Shown: positions 39,884-51,093, counted from the first letter of the stretch. The stretch is DNA of 64,000 bases from an uncultured Methanolobus sp. (GCA_963675495.1 OY776215.1:256001-320000); one strand, 5' to 3'. The notes: generated by a model not told the origin, from the letters alone. Made by a program: numbers and translations.

Positions 39884-41106
39884 ATAAGAATACGAAACTA
39901 ACATATTTGCTCCTATTAATCTTTACAATTCTCTTAGCAGGAACGGTTACTGTTGAAGCAGAATCATCTGGCAATGAATGCTTGATAGCAGTTATAGAAG
40001 ACATAAGTCCCAGTTCAGTAAGTAGTGATGAGGAATTCACCATCGGAATCAGTCTTGAGAACTGTGGAACCAGAGTTCCTGAAAACATCAGATTTGAAAT
40101 AATCAGTATCCCTCCGGATATCATAGTTACAGAAGATCTGGTTGCTTATATTCCTAAATTCGTATACCAGGACAGCGAAAGACAGCTCAGATACCACATG
40201 AGAACAACTCCTGATGCTAAATCAGGTCTTCATATAATTAAGATGAAATTAACATATGGGAATGAAGATGTAAAAAGAACAACATATTATGAAGTTGAAA
40301 TCGTGGTGACAGGCGAACATGCAGAACCAAGAATATCTTCTGTCATAACCAGTCCTGAATACATCTACGAGGGAGATACAGTTGATTTGAGATTAGGCAT
40401 AGAGAATTTTGGTGATTCAATAGCAAAATCTGTTTCTGTTAGTTTAGATCACGAATTTAAAGGAATTAAAAATTCTACAATTGGAACTCTTGGCCTGAAT
40501 GGTAGTCAAACTGCATTGTTCAAATTCAAGGCAAGCAGTTCAGGAGAATTTAAGATACCTGTCATAATAGAGTACGAAGATGATTTTGGCGAGCAAAAAG
40601 ATGAATATGATATTAAAATAACCGTGCTTGACAAAAAAGGCAGTTTAAATCTTGCATCTGTAAAGGTTGATCCCGTTCTTCCTTACACAGGTGATACTAT
40701 AGAATTGACCATGCGTATCGAAAACTCCGGTGACAGAACAATAAATTCAATAAAAGCCTATGCTGACCATCCGTTCAAAGGGCTAAAAGAATCATTCATA
40801 GGAACTCTTGATCCAAATGAAGATGGGCCGGCGGTAATTACTTTTATAGCTGATGAAGCAGGGGAATACGAGATCCCTGTGATCATAACTTACATTGATG
40901 ATTTTGGTGAAGAGCAAATCGAAACGAAGATCAATCTAATAGTCCTGGAAAGAAGTAGTGGAGCAGGAGTTATTGTAGTTTTATTACTTATCTTAGCAGT
41001 TATTGGAGGATTAATTTACAATAACTACAGAACAAAAAGGTCAAAAGATAAGATAATCAGGCAATTAATGGAAGGTAGCGATAATTCTGCTAACAACAAA
41101 GAATAA
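39880..41106 (+). CDS. COG1361 S-layer-like Ig-repeat protein of an ABC export cluster
   Basis: Signal peptide, repeated IENxG..IGTL..GEYxIPV..Y.DDFG modules, C-terminal TM helix. Confidence 0.8.
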   Translation: MNKNTKLTYLLLLIFTILLAGTVTVEAESSGNECLIAVIEDISPSSVSSDEEFTIGISLENCGTRVPENIRFEIISIPPDIIVTEDLVAYIPKFVYQDSERQLRYHMRTTPDAKSGLHIIKMKLTYGNEDVKRTTYYEVEIVVTGEHAEPRISSVITSPEYIYEGDTVDLRLGIENFGDSIAKSVSVSLDHEFKGIKNSTIGTLGLNGSQTALFKFKASSSGEFKIPVIIEYEDDFGEQKDEYDIKITVLDKKGSLNLASVKVDPVLPYTGDTIELTMRIENSGDRTINSIKAYADHPFKGLKESFIGTLDPNEDGPAVITFIADEAGEYEIPVIITYIDDFGEEQIETKINLIVLERSSGAGVIVVLLLILAVIGGLIYNNYRTKRSKDKIIRQLMEGSDNSANNKE

Positions 41107-41121
41107 TGAGAGGTATTCAAT

Positions 41122-42330
41122 ATGATCGACGATATCAGGGTAGGCGCTCTCATTGCATCCAGCAGTGTTAAAAGAGGTAACAAGAAAACACTAATGTTCA
41201 TAGTTTTTGTTCTTTCGCTCATTTTTATGAACCTGGTATTCCTTCCCTCGATGATAGGAGGAATGACCGTCCTCTTTACTGGCATGATGCAAGACTACCC
41301 TTACGGAGATATTGTCATTGAACCAACAGGCGACAATACCTACATCAACAATGCAGATAGCGTTTTGCAGAAGGTCCGGGCAGTAGAAGGAGTAAGAGCT
41401 GCAACAAAGAGACTGGACGTGGGAGCATCTATCGATCATAAACAGAATGTCGTAGGAGTCACCATAACTGGCTTACTTCCCATCGAAGAATATGAGATCT
41501 CACGATATCCATATATTATCAATGACGGTGATTTTCTTGGGGAACTTTCCAGGGATGAGATAATCATTGGTGCCATGATAGCAGGCACTGGTTTTGGAGC
41601 AGAGATATATGATAACCTGGGTGAGGTCAGAGTAGGATCGCTTGTTGATGTAACGTACAGTAATGGTGTCAAAAGAACCTATAAGGTCAAAGGTATTATG
41701 GAAGGTACATTTGAACTTGTTGACCTGAATGCTCTGGTTCATTATAAAGAGATCGAGGAAGTATACGGCTTAGATCAGAGTAAAGCTACCAGCGTTGTTG
41801 TAAGGGTCGATAAGCAGGGAACTGAAGACGAATTAAAAGCCAAGATAAGAGATGCAGGAGTGAATGAGGAGATATTCACGTGGGCTGATAAATCTGAGAC
41901 TCTCATTAAGCAGGCAATGCAAAGTATGGGTGCCATAGATATCATGTCAAAATTTGTGAGTTTGATAGTTGGTGCAGCATTGATCCTAATTATAATCTAT
42001 ATTAATATACTAAATCGGAAAAAAGAGATTGGTATTTTAAAGGCGATAGGCATTACTCCAAGATCAATAATCTTGTCCTATGCATTCCTTAGTATGTTCT
42101 ATGTTTCTCTGGGAATTCTGGCAGGACTGACACTATATCTCACACTGATGCTCTATTTCCAGGCAAACCCGGTAACATTCTATGAAACCATGGAAATAAG
42201 TCCCCTTATAGATCCTATCCTGCTTATAGAAAGCATATTCACCATGCTTACATTGTCAGTGATAGCCGGCACACTTCCCGCATGGAGTGTATCAAAAGAG
42301 AGCATACTCAAAGCCATATGGGGTCGATAA
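41122..42330 (+). CDS. MacB/FtsX-like ABC permease
   Basis: N-terminal TM, extracytoplasmic domain, RKKEIGILKAIG, three C-terminal TMs. Confidence 0.9.
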   Translation: MIDDIRVGALIASSSVKRGNKKTLMFIVFVLSLIFMNLVFLPSMIGGMTVLFTGMMQDYPYGDIVIEPTGDNTYINNADSVLQKVRAVEGVRAATKRLDVGASIDHKQNVVGVTITGLLPIEEYEISRYPYIINDGDFLGELSRDEIIIGAMIAGTGFGAEIYDNLGEVRVGSLVDVTYSNGVKRTYKVKGIMEGTFELVDLNALVHYKEIEEVYGLDQSKATSVVVRVDKQGTEDELKAKIRDAGVNEEIFTWADKSETLIKQAMQSMGAIDIMSKFVSLIVGAALILIIIYINILNRKKEIGILKAIGITPRSIILSYAFLSMFYVSLGILAGLTLYLTLMLYFQANPVTFYETMEISPLIDPILLIESIFTMLTLSVIAGTLPAWSVSKESILKAIWGR

Positions 42331-42332
42331 AA

Positions 42333-43025
42333 ATGATTATAGTAAGAGACCTGAAAAGGTGTTATGGCACAGGAAGCACGGCTGTCAAGGCTCTTAAGGG
42401 TGTTTCGTTCGAGATAAAAAAAGGAGAATTTGTAGCCATAATGGGTGCATCCGGGAGTGGAAAAACCACTCTCTTAAGGATTCTGGCATTGTTGGACGAT
42501 GCGACTGCCGGAGAATATACTATTAGGGGATTACAGGTTTCCAGCTTGCCTGAAGCAGAAAGGAGCTATTATAGGCTGACACAGGTCGGTTATGTATTTC
42601 AGGATTATGCACTCATTAATGAAATGACCTCTGCAGAAAATGTTTATGTGCTTTCCATGATGGAAGGTAAATCAAAAAAGGAAGCTTATGAAGTCGCACT
42701 TGATGCATTAGACAAGGTGGGTCTAAAAGATAAACATAACAGAGTCCCTGATGAATTATCCGGTGGGGAAAAACAGAGAGTGGCAATTGCAAGAGCAATA
42801 GCAAAAAAACCCGATATAATGTTTGCCGACGAGCCATGTGCAAACCTTGATACCAGAAACTCAAAACAGGTCCTGGACGTATTCAAAGAGCTGAACGATA
42901 AATATGGTCAGACGATTATAATGGTAACACATGAACCATGGCATACTGATTATGTTGACAGGGTGATTACCCTGGAAGATGGTAATTTAATTAGTGATGA
43001 GAGTAAAAACAAAAGTTGGGAGTAA
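42333..43025 (+). CDS. ABC transporter ATP-binding protein (LolD/MacB type)
   Basis: GASGSGKT, LSGGEKQR, ADEP, VTH. Confidence 0.93.
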   Translation: MIIVRDLKRCYGTGSTAVKALKGVSFEIKKGEFVAIMGASGSGKTTLLRILALLDDATAGEYTIRGLQVSSLPEAERSYYRLTQVGYVFQDYALINEMTSAENVYVLSMMEGKSKKEAYEVALDALDKVGLKDKHNRVPDELSGGEKQRVAIARAIAKKPDIMFADEPCANLDTRNSKQVLDVFKELNDKYGQTIIMVTHEPWHTDYVDRVITLEDGNLISDESKNKSWE

Positions 43026-43059
43026 TAAGCACTCCAATATCAAGAGTTCATTAAGGCTA

Positions 43060-43659
43060 TCAGGGAAATATATCTTCAAGATAACTTGCAAGGACCTGTT
43101 CAACGTTGGTGTCCTTAGCTGCCGTCTTGCCACATTCCATAGATTCCATTATATGTGTTGGAAAAAGATAAACCCAACCACCTGTCACATCTATAATTGC
43201 GCGGAGCTTACTTCCCCCGGTTTTGAGAGCAAATTTAAGCTGGGACAGGCTGGACATGCCTTCAGGGACCATTAGGACGATGGAACCTGTAAAGAAATGA
43301 TAAATAAGGTCTTCTTTTATTGCAGGATCATAACTTATAGTAGTTTTTGAATCGATGGCTGTATTTGCCTTGAGATTATCAAGGACATCGTTATAGAGTT
43401 CACAGGTCCGGGTAAAGGGAGAAGTAAATTGCACGGTGTTTGAATCTTCGCAGTAGGATAGGGAATTTGGGTTTTCGACAATGTTGGCATGGATGTCAGA
43501 TTCAGTGATGCCGAACATTTTGGTATCTTCTCTGATTTTAACCAGTGGAATTTCGAAAGTAGGGTTCTTTTTGCCAATAGGGGATGATGAATAGTCTTCA
43601 ATGTACGTTGAAATTGTTGCTTCGATAAGGGCGTGTTTGACAGGTGTGGGCAATTTCAT
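43060..43659 (-). CDS. Hypothetical protein
   Basis: Clean ORF with AGGAG upstream of the ATG at 43659; no recognisable motif. Confidence 0.6.
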   Translation of the reverse strand: MKLPTPVKHALIEATISTYIEDYSSSPIGKKNPTFEIPLVKIREDTKMFGITESDIHANIVENPNSLSYCEDSNTVQFTSPFTRTCELYNDVLDNLKANTAIDSKTTISYDPAIKEDLIYHFFTGSIVLMVPEGMSSLSQLKFALKTGGSKLRAIIDVTGGWVYLFPTHIMESMECGKTAAKDTNVEQVLASYLEDIFP

Positions 43660-43878
43660 GATGAAGGCTCCTCTGATAAAAAGTGTTCTTGGAATATTCA
43701 GGTCGGTCACGAAAGTGAATTAGAGTAGAAAATACTTAAAGCAACCAAAAGATGTTGTGAGAAAATGCATCCTCACAAGCAACTTTTCAATTTTAGCCCT
43801 GGCCAACTGGTCAATTGTTAAAAGAAATGATTGGCAGTATATTTGTTATAAATATTGATGCCAGTTAAATGAAAACTA

Positions 43879-44016
43879 TCATTCTGCAGTGAATTTATTG
43901 ACACTGGAAATAGCATGAATGTTGTTTTCTGTTTTTACATTGCTTAATTTGACTCCATGTAATACAGGTGGTAATGGTGAAGTGGTAAATACTCGATTTT
44001 CTATTTTTTCTGACAT
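43879..44016 (-). CDS. Candidate 45-aa small protein
   Basis: AAGGAG SD upstream of the ATG, AT-rich TATA-like region near 44095-44113. Confidence 0.3.
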   Translation of the reverse strand: MSEKIENRVFTTSPLPPVLHGVKLSNVKTENNIHAISSVNKFTAE

Positions 44017-44127
44017 GGCTGTTTCTCCTTTTTTGCTAAATCGTTTAAAGAGTTGTTTGCTGGCCATCTGCTAGGTAACCGGCATTCGTATACTTATTTA
44101 ATAGTATTTAAAACTTTGCATCATTGG

Positions 44128-44313
44128 TTATTTACTATGCAAATTTATAAAAAGGAATACTAAATTATAATTTTTTATCCAACAATGATCAGTCCGATCG
44201 ATTTCAAGAAAAAGGAAATTGAGAAACTCATCGTCTTTTGGGATAGGTTTAGGTATCTCCTTTAGTTCAAGAACATCAGATGAACCATATCTTTTATACA
44301 CTACTGCTTTCAT
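44128..44313 (-). pseudogene. Truncated zinc-binding/quinone oxidoreductase (MDR) N-terminal fragment
   Basis: MKAVVYKRYGSSDVLELKEIPKPIPKDDE, then unrelated sequence. Confidence 0.7.
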
Positions 44314-44372
44314 CCGAGTAACCCTCATTATTAGATGGGGTTTAACCACTAAATATTGTCTGAGAACACATT

Positions 44373-45080
44373 TTACTCTTCATTAATTTTCACTTCAGGT
44401 ATTTTGTGTCCCCTTAATAAAAGCCACAACATGAACAACAATTCTCCCCAACCCAGAACTATACTTATCTGAAGATCAAGGTTTGGAACGAGAAACCTGC
44501 CAAAATTATCGATCATATAGCTTAAACCTGCAATTATTAAAATAACTCCCAGAATACGGGGAATGTATCCAGACCTGAAGACTAAATATCCTAGGAGTGT
44601 AAGATGAAGACCAAAGAATACAAGGCCTACAGCCCATCCGTCACTGAATGCGTCCAGGGACAGCATCATATAAGCATGCAGCTGATCTGTTGAAAGTACT
44701 GTCAGGTAGTCTGCACCACTTAAAAGTAGTAAAGGAATGACAAGAAATATCAGACTGGATGCAAAGATTGTGGCATAAACCAACCTGAACCAGGCCATAA
44801 GCAGTGAAAGACCCTTGTTTACCGGTTTAAGTACAATATAGAATGCCCAGGCTACCAGCACATCAAGAATTATCACCACAATAAAGCTACAAATAGCCAT
44901 GCGAAACAGTTCCTCATTAGCCATGATATTGTTTGCTGTTCCGGTGGCATCTCCTGGTACAACAATACCTGGGAGGGCAAATGAGTGAGAAAAAAGAGCG
45001 AATATGGTCATTACCAGAAGCCCGAACCCTGCAATCATTGCAGCTTTGCGTTGTGATATATCGACGTTAAGGTTTGACAT
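44373..45080 (-). CDS. DUF4386 membrane protein
   Basis: IVVPGDATGTANNI, LDVLVAW..LKPVN, FFGLHL..LGYLVFRSGYIP, GELLFMLWLL. Confidence 0.85.
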   Translation of the reverse strand: MSNLNVDISQRKAAMIAGFGLLVMTIFALFSHSFALPGIVVPGDATGTANNIMANEELFRMAICSFIVVIILDVLVAWAFYIVLKPVNKGLSLLMAWFRLVYATIFASSLIFLVIPLLLLSGADYLTVLSTDQLHAYMMLSLDAFSDGWAVGLVFFGLHLTLLGYLVFRSGYIPRILGVILIIAGLSYMIDNFGRFLVPNLDLQISIVLGWGELLFMLWLLLRGHKIPEVKINEE

Positions 45081-45189
45081 TTCAGTTTCTTCCTTACCGA
45101 TTAAATTTTATCGTGGGTTATTTTTATGACCACATTTCCTTTTTTATAAGAAATACAGAAAAACTGAATGAACTCAATCTGAGTTCCAC

Positions 45190-45597
45190 TTAATCTTCAC
45201 TAACAGAACTTTCATCCATATGAAATACTGCCCAAACATATCCATCAAGATCGTCAAAGCTACGTCCGTACATCCATTCATGATCCTGTGGTTCTGCTGC
45301 TTCTAAACCACCAGCTTTTACAGCTTTGTTTACCAGTTCATCAACTTTTTCCCTGCTTTCAGCAGACAGGGATATCGCCATCTGCGAATATTTTTTAGAA
45401 TCACATATCGGTTTCGTCGTAAATAACTGGAAAAGGCCTTCAGTTATTAACATTACAAAACTATCTTTGTTTACGATCATGCAGGTGCCGTTCTCATCTG
45501 ACAATTTGGGATCGAATTCAAAACCAAGTTTAGTGAAGAAATCAATTGATCTGTTGAGATCTTTCACAGGCAAATTGACGAAAAGTTGAGTATTCAT
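45190..45597 (-). CDS. VOC/glyoxalase family protein
   Basis: FVNLPVKDL..S..FF..LGF, MYGRSFDDLDG. Confidence 0.9.
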   Translation of the reverse strand: MNTQLFVNLPVKDLNRSIDFFTKLGFEFDPKLSDENGTCMIVNKDSFVMLITEGLFQLFTTKPICDSKKYSQMAISLSAESREKVDELVNKAVKAGGLEAAEPQDHEWMYGRSFDDLDGYVWAVFHMDESSVSED

Positions 45598-45881
45598 AAT
45601 ATTAGCTTCTAATTCAAAGATTATAAGGTATTCTCTAAGAAATAAAAAGTGCTAAAATATTTCTGGTTTTGGTTTTAAATATATAATATCTTCAAACTAT
45701 TAACTCAAAAATTATGATGCATGATCATATACATTCATGTCAGAACATACCTATTAATAATGAATAATACTACATTGCTCTAATAAATCAACAAAGATAT
45801 ATCTAGTTGCAACGTTTTGTACAGAAAGTGTTGTGCAAAATTTTTTTAATATATTTTGAGTATTTATTGGTGGTGATATGA

Positions 45882-46667
45882 GTGAAGAAAACGTTGCTTG
45901 ATGTTATGCTAATGTCAGAGAAAAGAAAAAGAGTCCTCCTATTACTAAAGGATGAAGCAAAGGAAATGGAAGACATTCTCAAAACCTTATGTACTACCAG
46001 GCAAGCACTACTTCCTCAGTTAAAGATACTTGAAAAACATTTTCTTGTTAATCATTATGAAGACACTTATGAATTGACAAGTATGGGAAAAATAATAGTG
46101 GATGATGTGGCTCCCTTTTTAAATACTCTTGAAATTTTGGATTTAGATGTTGATTATTGGGGGACACACAATATTGACTTTATCCCGCCACATCTCTTGA
46201 AAAGAATGAATGAACTGCGAAAATGTGAGATAATAAAACCTTCTCATGCAGATATATACGACCTTAATAAAACAGTTATTGAATCATCCTTCATATCAAA
46301 TTCTCACCGTGCGCTTTGTACGTTTTATCATCCAGATTTCCCGAAGTTCTTCTCAGGCTTGATGCAGAATAATGCACATGTATATTTTGTTACAACCCCG
46401 GAAGTATTTGATAAATTGAAAAAACAGCATATAGAAGATTTTGAAAAACTTCTAGAAAAAAAACTGTTTCACTTTTATGTCTGCTCTGAAAAAATGAATT
46501 TTTTAGCTATGGTGTATAATGATCACCACCTCCTTCTACGCCCACTTAAAAATAACGGAGAAATTGATAGTAACCATATTCTATGTTCAAATCCAGGTTC
46601 ACTTGAATGGGGAAATGATCTATTTCAACATTACATGAAAAATTCAATCCATATCACTGAAATCTGA
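45882..46667 (+). CDS. Winged-helix transcriptional regulator with DUF1724 domain
   Basis: SEKRKRVLLLL, TRQALLPQLKIL, YWGTH..FIPP, WG..LF..Y. Confidence 0.82.
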   Translation: MKKTLLDVMLMSEKRKRVLLLLKDEAKEMEDILKTLCTTRQALLPQLKILEKHFLVNHYEDTYELTSMGKIIVDDVAPFLNTLEILDLDVDYWGTHNIDFIPPHLLKRMNELRKCEIIKPSHADIYDLNKTVIESSFISNSHRALCTFYHPDFPKFFSGLMQNNAHVYFVTTPEVFDKLKKQHIEDFEKLLEKKLFHFYVCSEKMNFLAMVYNDHHLLLRPLKNNGEIDSNHILCSNPGSLEWGNDLFQHYMKNSIHITEI

Positions 46668-46816
46668 GTGCTGTTTACTTTTTTATTTGTAAAAGTATTC
46701 TCCAACAAAAAGAAAAACTGTCGCAATTATAAACAATAAACCCACAATAATTGCGGCATATCTGTTAAGGGAATTGTTTCATCTCTTTTATTGCCAAACA
46801 ACATACTGAATCGATC

Positions 46817-47536
46817 TTAAGACATGGTCTCTGTTATTTTTCTCCCTTTCAATAGAAGCCACAAGGTAAATGATAATTCCCCAATTACCCCGGGAACGAC
46901 AACTATCAGCATAAATATTGCTTCGTAATCTGTGTAATTGACCAAAAGGACATTTGCAAAGCTATCGATAAGATAGCCTAAAGATGCAATTACCAACAGA
47001 ATACCAATAAATTTTGGAATATAACCTGACTTGAAAATTAAGTAACCAAGAACAAACAGATGAATACCAAAGAATATCAAACCAATTAGCCATGTATCGT
47101 TAAACGCAGCCATGAATAGCATTACATGAGCTTGCAATTGACTTGTATCAAGTAATGCAAGATAATTAGTATCATCTAAGAGTCTCAAGACACTAAAAAG
47201 GTTATACAAAGCAATTCCAAAAATAGTTGCATTCACGAGTCTTAGCCATGCTGCAAGCAGTGAAAGACTATTGGACACTGGTTTGAGTAGAATATAAAGC
47301 GCCCAGGCCACCACCACATCAAAAATAACCATGATGATAAATCCAAGAATGCCTAAACGAAACTGCCATTCATTGGTCATGAGATTGTTTACGGTTCTTG
47401 CAGCATCTCCCGGTACTATGAGATTTTCAAGAACAAAGAAATTAGCCAGGATTCCAAGTACAAATATGACCAGGTAACTAAAACCAGCAATAATTGCAGC
47501 TTTACGTAGTGATATATCTCCGATAAGGTCTGTCAT
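46817..47536 (-). CDS. DUF4386 membrane protein (paralog)
   Basis: Same motifs as 44373-45080 (LIVPGDA, FDVVVAW, FFGIHL, GELSFTLWLL). Confidence 0.85.
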   Translation of the reverse strand: MTDLIGDISLRKAAIIAGFSYLVIFVLGILANFFVLENLIVPGDAARTVNNLMTNEWQFRLGILGFIIMVIFDVVVAWALYILLKPVSNSLSLLAAWLRLVNATIFGIALYNLFSVLRLLDDTNYLALLDTSQLQAHVMLFMAAFNDTWLIGLIFFGIHLFVLGYLIFKSGYIPKFIGILLVIASLGYLIDSFANVLLVNYTDYEAIFMLIVVVPGVIGELSFTLWLLLKGRKITETMS

Positions 47537-47759
47537 TTGAATTACGCCCCACAATTAAAGTTTTACTGGATATGATATTTATATTTGTCTCAATTAGAAT
47601 GCTGAAGTATACTGTTGAAAAGCAGGATTAAGAAGAGATTTGGCAGAAGACAATGCGTATGTATCATTCAGAATAGAAGAAGATCCTGGCTTCTTTCATT
47701 TCCAGCTCAAATTATAGTCTTATTCCAATAAAGCTGCAAAATAGTATATTCACAAATAA

Positions 47760-48539
47760 TCACACTGACCTGAAAAGACGAAAGCCAAGGGAGTAGGAAC
47801 CGTAGTTCGGGTCGAAACTGCTGCGATAGGCAGAACGACATTTCCTGGGGTAATTGACCCAACCACCGCCACGCAGGACAAGGCCGGGAATGGTACCAGC
47901 TACCTGGGCACTACTATCAACAGGAGCAAACTCATAACTTCTATGATATTCGTTATGACACCATTCCCAAACATTACCATGCATATCATATAATCCCCAT
48001 GGATTCGGTTTTTTTTGACCAACTGAATGGGTTTTATGTTCTGAATTACCATAATACCAGGCGTACTCACCCAACTCCGGATCAGCATCACCAAATGAAT
48101 ATATAGTAGTTGTACCAGCTCTGCAGGCATATTCCCATTCAGCTTCGGATGGAAGGCGGTATTTATCGGTGTCTTCCTTTGTGTTCAACCTTTTAACAAA
48201 CTCCTGTACATTATTCCAGGAAACGCATTCAACGGGTCTGTCATCTCCTTCAAAACATGAAGGATGGTTGGCCATCACAGCTTTCCACTCTCTCTGAGTC
48301 ACTAAATATTTTCCAAGATAGAATGGTTTTGAGATGGTTACTTTATGAACCGGTTCTTCATATCTGCATTCATTTGAATACATCCAGAAGTCACCAGCTG
48401 GGATAGGTACGAACTCCATACCAATAGAATTCATTATAGATGCAACAGGATTTTTCTTCTTGGATTCTGCATGCTTTTTTTCAATATGCTCATCTTTTTT
48501 GTGCTTTATCTCAATATCATCCATTGTTTCACCAACCAT
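47760..48539 (-). CDS. FGE-sulfatase (SUMF1-like, C-type lectin fold) domain protein
   Basis: NSIGMEFV, RLPSEAEWEYACRAG, NPWGLYDMHGNVWEW, RGGGW, GFR; lacks the FGE catalytic Cys pair. Confidence 0.9.
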   Translation of the reverse strand: MVGETMDDIEIKHKKDEHIEKKHAESKKKNPVASIMNSIGMEFVPIPAGDFWMYSNECRYEEPVHKVTISKPFYLGKYLVTQREWKAVMANHPSCFEGDDRPVECVSWNNVQEFVKRLNTKEDTDKYRLPSEAEWEYACRAGTTTIYSFGDADPELGEYAWYYGNSEHKTHSVGQKKPNPWGLYDMHGNVWEWCHNEYHRSYEFAPVDSSAQVAGTIPGLVLRGGGWVNYPRKCRSAYRSSFDPNYGSYSLGFRLFRSV

Positions 48540-48689
48540 GGTTCTCTGTTTTGAGAAAGTTATCCTATTTTAATGGCTAATAAGATTATAGTTAACTTTG
48601 AATTTATGAGTTATGCAAAAAATTAAGCAAATGAGAATAAGTTAAATTTTCAAGCTAGAAATGTAAGAGAATTGTTCGTATTAAATGTT

Positions 48690-48719
48690 AAAAAAGAGTG
48701 GCTCAATCACTCTTTTTTT
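48690..48719. terminator. Hairpin terminator downstream of hcp
   Basis: AAAAAAGAGTG-GCTCAAT-CACTCTTTTTT. Confidence 0.55.
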
Positions 48720-48817
48720 CATGGGTATAAATGTTAACCCAATTTCCGCAGCAATTGGAAAAGCAATTGTCGGAAATTCGACACCTTTAATTTGCAACTT
48801 CCTTAATATCGTCTTGT

Positions 48818-50437
48818 TTATTTTAAGAGCCTCTCCATGTCCTCTTCTACGGTGGTGTTCGGTGTCATGTTGAACTTCTCAACCAGCACATTGAGAACAT
48901 TAGGTGAAACAAATGCTGGCAGTGTTGGACCTAGCGTAATATCCTGTATCTCAAGCCGCAGGAGAGTGAGTAACACAAGGACTGCCTTTTGTTCGTACCA
49001 GGCAATGTTGTATGAGATAGGGGCTTCATTAACATCTGTGAATCCAAGTCTGGCCATAAGTCCCTGTGCAATAACAATCAGTGAAAATGAATCATTACAC
49101 TGTCCTGCATCCAGTACTCTTGGAATTCCATCAATGTCCCCAAGGTTAAGTTTATTATAGCGATATTTTGCACATCCGGCGGTAAGTATTACAGTATCTT
49201 TGGGCAATGCCTCCGCGAAATCCGTGTAATACTGCCTGTTCTTGTGACGCCCGTCACAGCCTGCCATGACAATGAACTTCTTTATCTTGCCTGCTTTAAC
49301 GGCTTCAACTATTTTGTCTGCATTAGATAATACTGAGTTGTAAGCAAAACCGCCCATGATGCTACCTTCTTCCAGTTGCACCGGAGGTTCACAGGTCTTT
49401 GCCTGCTCGATAATGACCGAGAAATCTTTCTTACCATCTTCAGCTACTATATGTGTGGCACCGTCATAACCTACGGAACCTGTAGTATATAATCTGTCAA
49501 TATAGGTCTTCTTTGGAGGGACTATACAGTTGCTTGTCAGTAATATTGGTCCGTTGAAACTCTCGAATTCCTGCTTCTGGCGCCACCATGAGCCACCGTA
49601 ATTGCCTACCAGATGTTCGTACTTCTTAAATACCGGATATGAATTTGCAGGTAGCATCTCACCGTGAGTATAGACATCAACACCGGTTCCTTCTGTTTGG
49701 TCAAGAAGCTGTTTCATGTCATTTAGATCATGTCCACTTATAAGGATACCCGGCTTATCTCTTGTTCCAATATTAACCTCTGTAGGTTCCGGATTTCCGA
49801 ATGTTGCGGTGTTCACCTTATCAAGGTCTGCCATTACATCAAAACCCTTTTCCCCACATTTCAGAACCAATGAAATTAGGTTCTTATCAGTCAGGTTGTC
49901 ATCCGTGGTTGCAACAAGACCTTCTTCTATGAATGAATTAACTTTTTTATTGACATTACCAAGCATCATAGCATGATGTGCATATGCTGCAATTCCTTTG
50001 ATGCCAAAGATCAACAGTTCTCTTAATGACCTGATATCTTCGTTCTCTGTTGCAAGTATGCCGGTATCCCTGTCCTTGAGGTTTTCCGGGCTCACAGTTG
50101 CTATCTCAGGCAGATCGTTCTTATCAAGTGCATTGTTATCCAGAAGTTTCCGCTTGATCTCACTTTGAATCTTGAATCCTCTGTCAATGCGGTCCTGAAT
50201 TCCGCTTATTCTGAAGTCGGTATTTGTTATGGTTGCAAACAGTGCATCGAGCATGAAATCATCAGTACTCTCTTCAGAAAGTTTTGCCATTCTTGCTTTC
50301 TGGTTATAGAATGCAACGCTTTTAAGCACATAGATGAGATCATCCTGAAGATCTGCAACTTCCCCTTTCTTACCGCACATACCGTTTTTTGTGCAGCCTT
50401 CCCCATTCATTGTTTCTTCACACTGATAACAGAACAT
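48818..50437 (-). CDS. hcp: Hydroxylamine reductase / hybrid cluster protein
   Basis: MFCYQCEET...C....CGK, THGEMLP, GCDG, GQCND, WYEQKA. Confidence 0.95.
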   Translation of the reverse strand: MFCYQCEETMNGEGCTKNGMCGKKGEVADLQDDLIYVLKSVAFYNQKARMAKLSEESTDDFMLDALFATITNTDFRISGIQDRIDRGFKIQSEIKRKLLDNNALDKNDLPEIATVSPENLKDRDTGILATENEDIRSLRELLIFGIKGIAAYAHHAMMLGNVNKKVNSFIEEGLVATTDDNLTDKNLISLVLKCGEKGFDVMADLDKVNTATFGNPEPTEVNIGTRDKPGILISGHDLNDMKQLLDQTEGTGVDVYTHGEMLPANSYPVFKKYEHLVGNYGGSWWRQKQEFESFNGPILLTSNCIVPPKKTYIDRLYTTGSVGYDGATHIVAEDGKKDFSVIIEQAKTCEPPVQLEEGSIMGGFAYNSVLSNADKIVEAVKAGKIKKFIVMAGCDGRHKNRQYYTDFAEALPKDTVILTAGCAKYRYNKLNLGDIDGIPRVLDAGQCNDSFSLIVIAQGLMARLGFTDVNEAPISYNIAWYEQKAVLVLLTLLRLEIQDITLGPTLPAFVSPNVLNVLVEKFNMTPNTTVEEDMERLLK

Positions 50438-50568
50438 TTTTGTCACCTTCATTTAGTAGGTATGATGCATAGGTATATCTATTTACTCTCATATCTTAGT
50501 TTATACATCCTTTAGATTGTGTTCTTTTGCTCCCTTTATTTCAATGAATTAATCAATACATATACCAC

Positions 50569-51093
50569 TTACCTTTTTGCATAATGCAACATTGCCATTC
50601 CATTCACAGTCTTATTCTCTAATAGTTTCAACTCGAACTCTGGATTGCTATCTTTGAAAAGAGGGATTCCTCCTCCCAGAATACAAGGTATAACAGTAAT
50701 GAAGTATTCATCGATCAGGTCTTTCTTTATGAATTCGTCAATGACTCCTGCACCACCTATTAACCAGATGTCTTTGCCATCCTCTTTTCTTAATTTTGCA
50801 ATGAGGTCAGCGGCATTTTCATCAATAAATTCAACATCTTCGTTGTTGTCCCTCTTTTCTGATGTGTAAACGTATCCTTTGGTTCCCTTGTATGGATATT
50901 CACCGAAAGTAAGTATCTGCTTGTATGTTTTTCGACCCATTATCACTGTATCAATTAATCCATAAAATTTATCGTAACCTAGATCAACATTCGGTTCAGA
51001 GTCATCACCTTCCAGCCAGTCCACATCTCCGTTCTTTCGTGCGATATAGCCATCCAGACTCATTGCAATATACAAAATAACATTTCTACTCAT
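50569..51093 (-). CDS. Dihydrofolate reductase-like (RibD C-terminal) protein
   Basis: IAMSLDGYIA, MGRKTY, IWLIGG, LGGGIPLF. Confidence 0.9.
   Translation of the reverse strand: MSRNVILYIAMSLDGYIARKNGDVDWLEGDDSEPNVDLGYDKFYGLIDTVIMGRKTYKQILTFGEYPYKGTKGYVYTSEKRDNNEDVEFIDENAADLIAKLRKEDGKDIWLIGGAGVIDEFIKKDLIDEYFITVIPCILGGGIPLFKDSNPEFELKLLENKTVNGMAMLHYAKR

Noticed and set aside
47760-48539. Active formylglycine-generating enzyme
   Set aside because: The catalytic Cys pair after RGGS is absent, and no sulfatase is nearby
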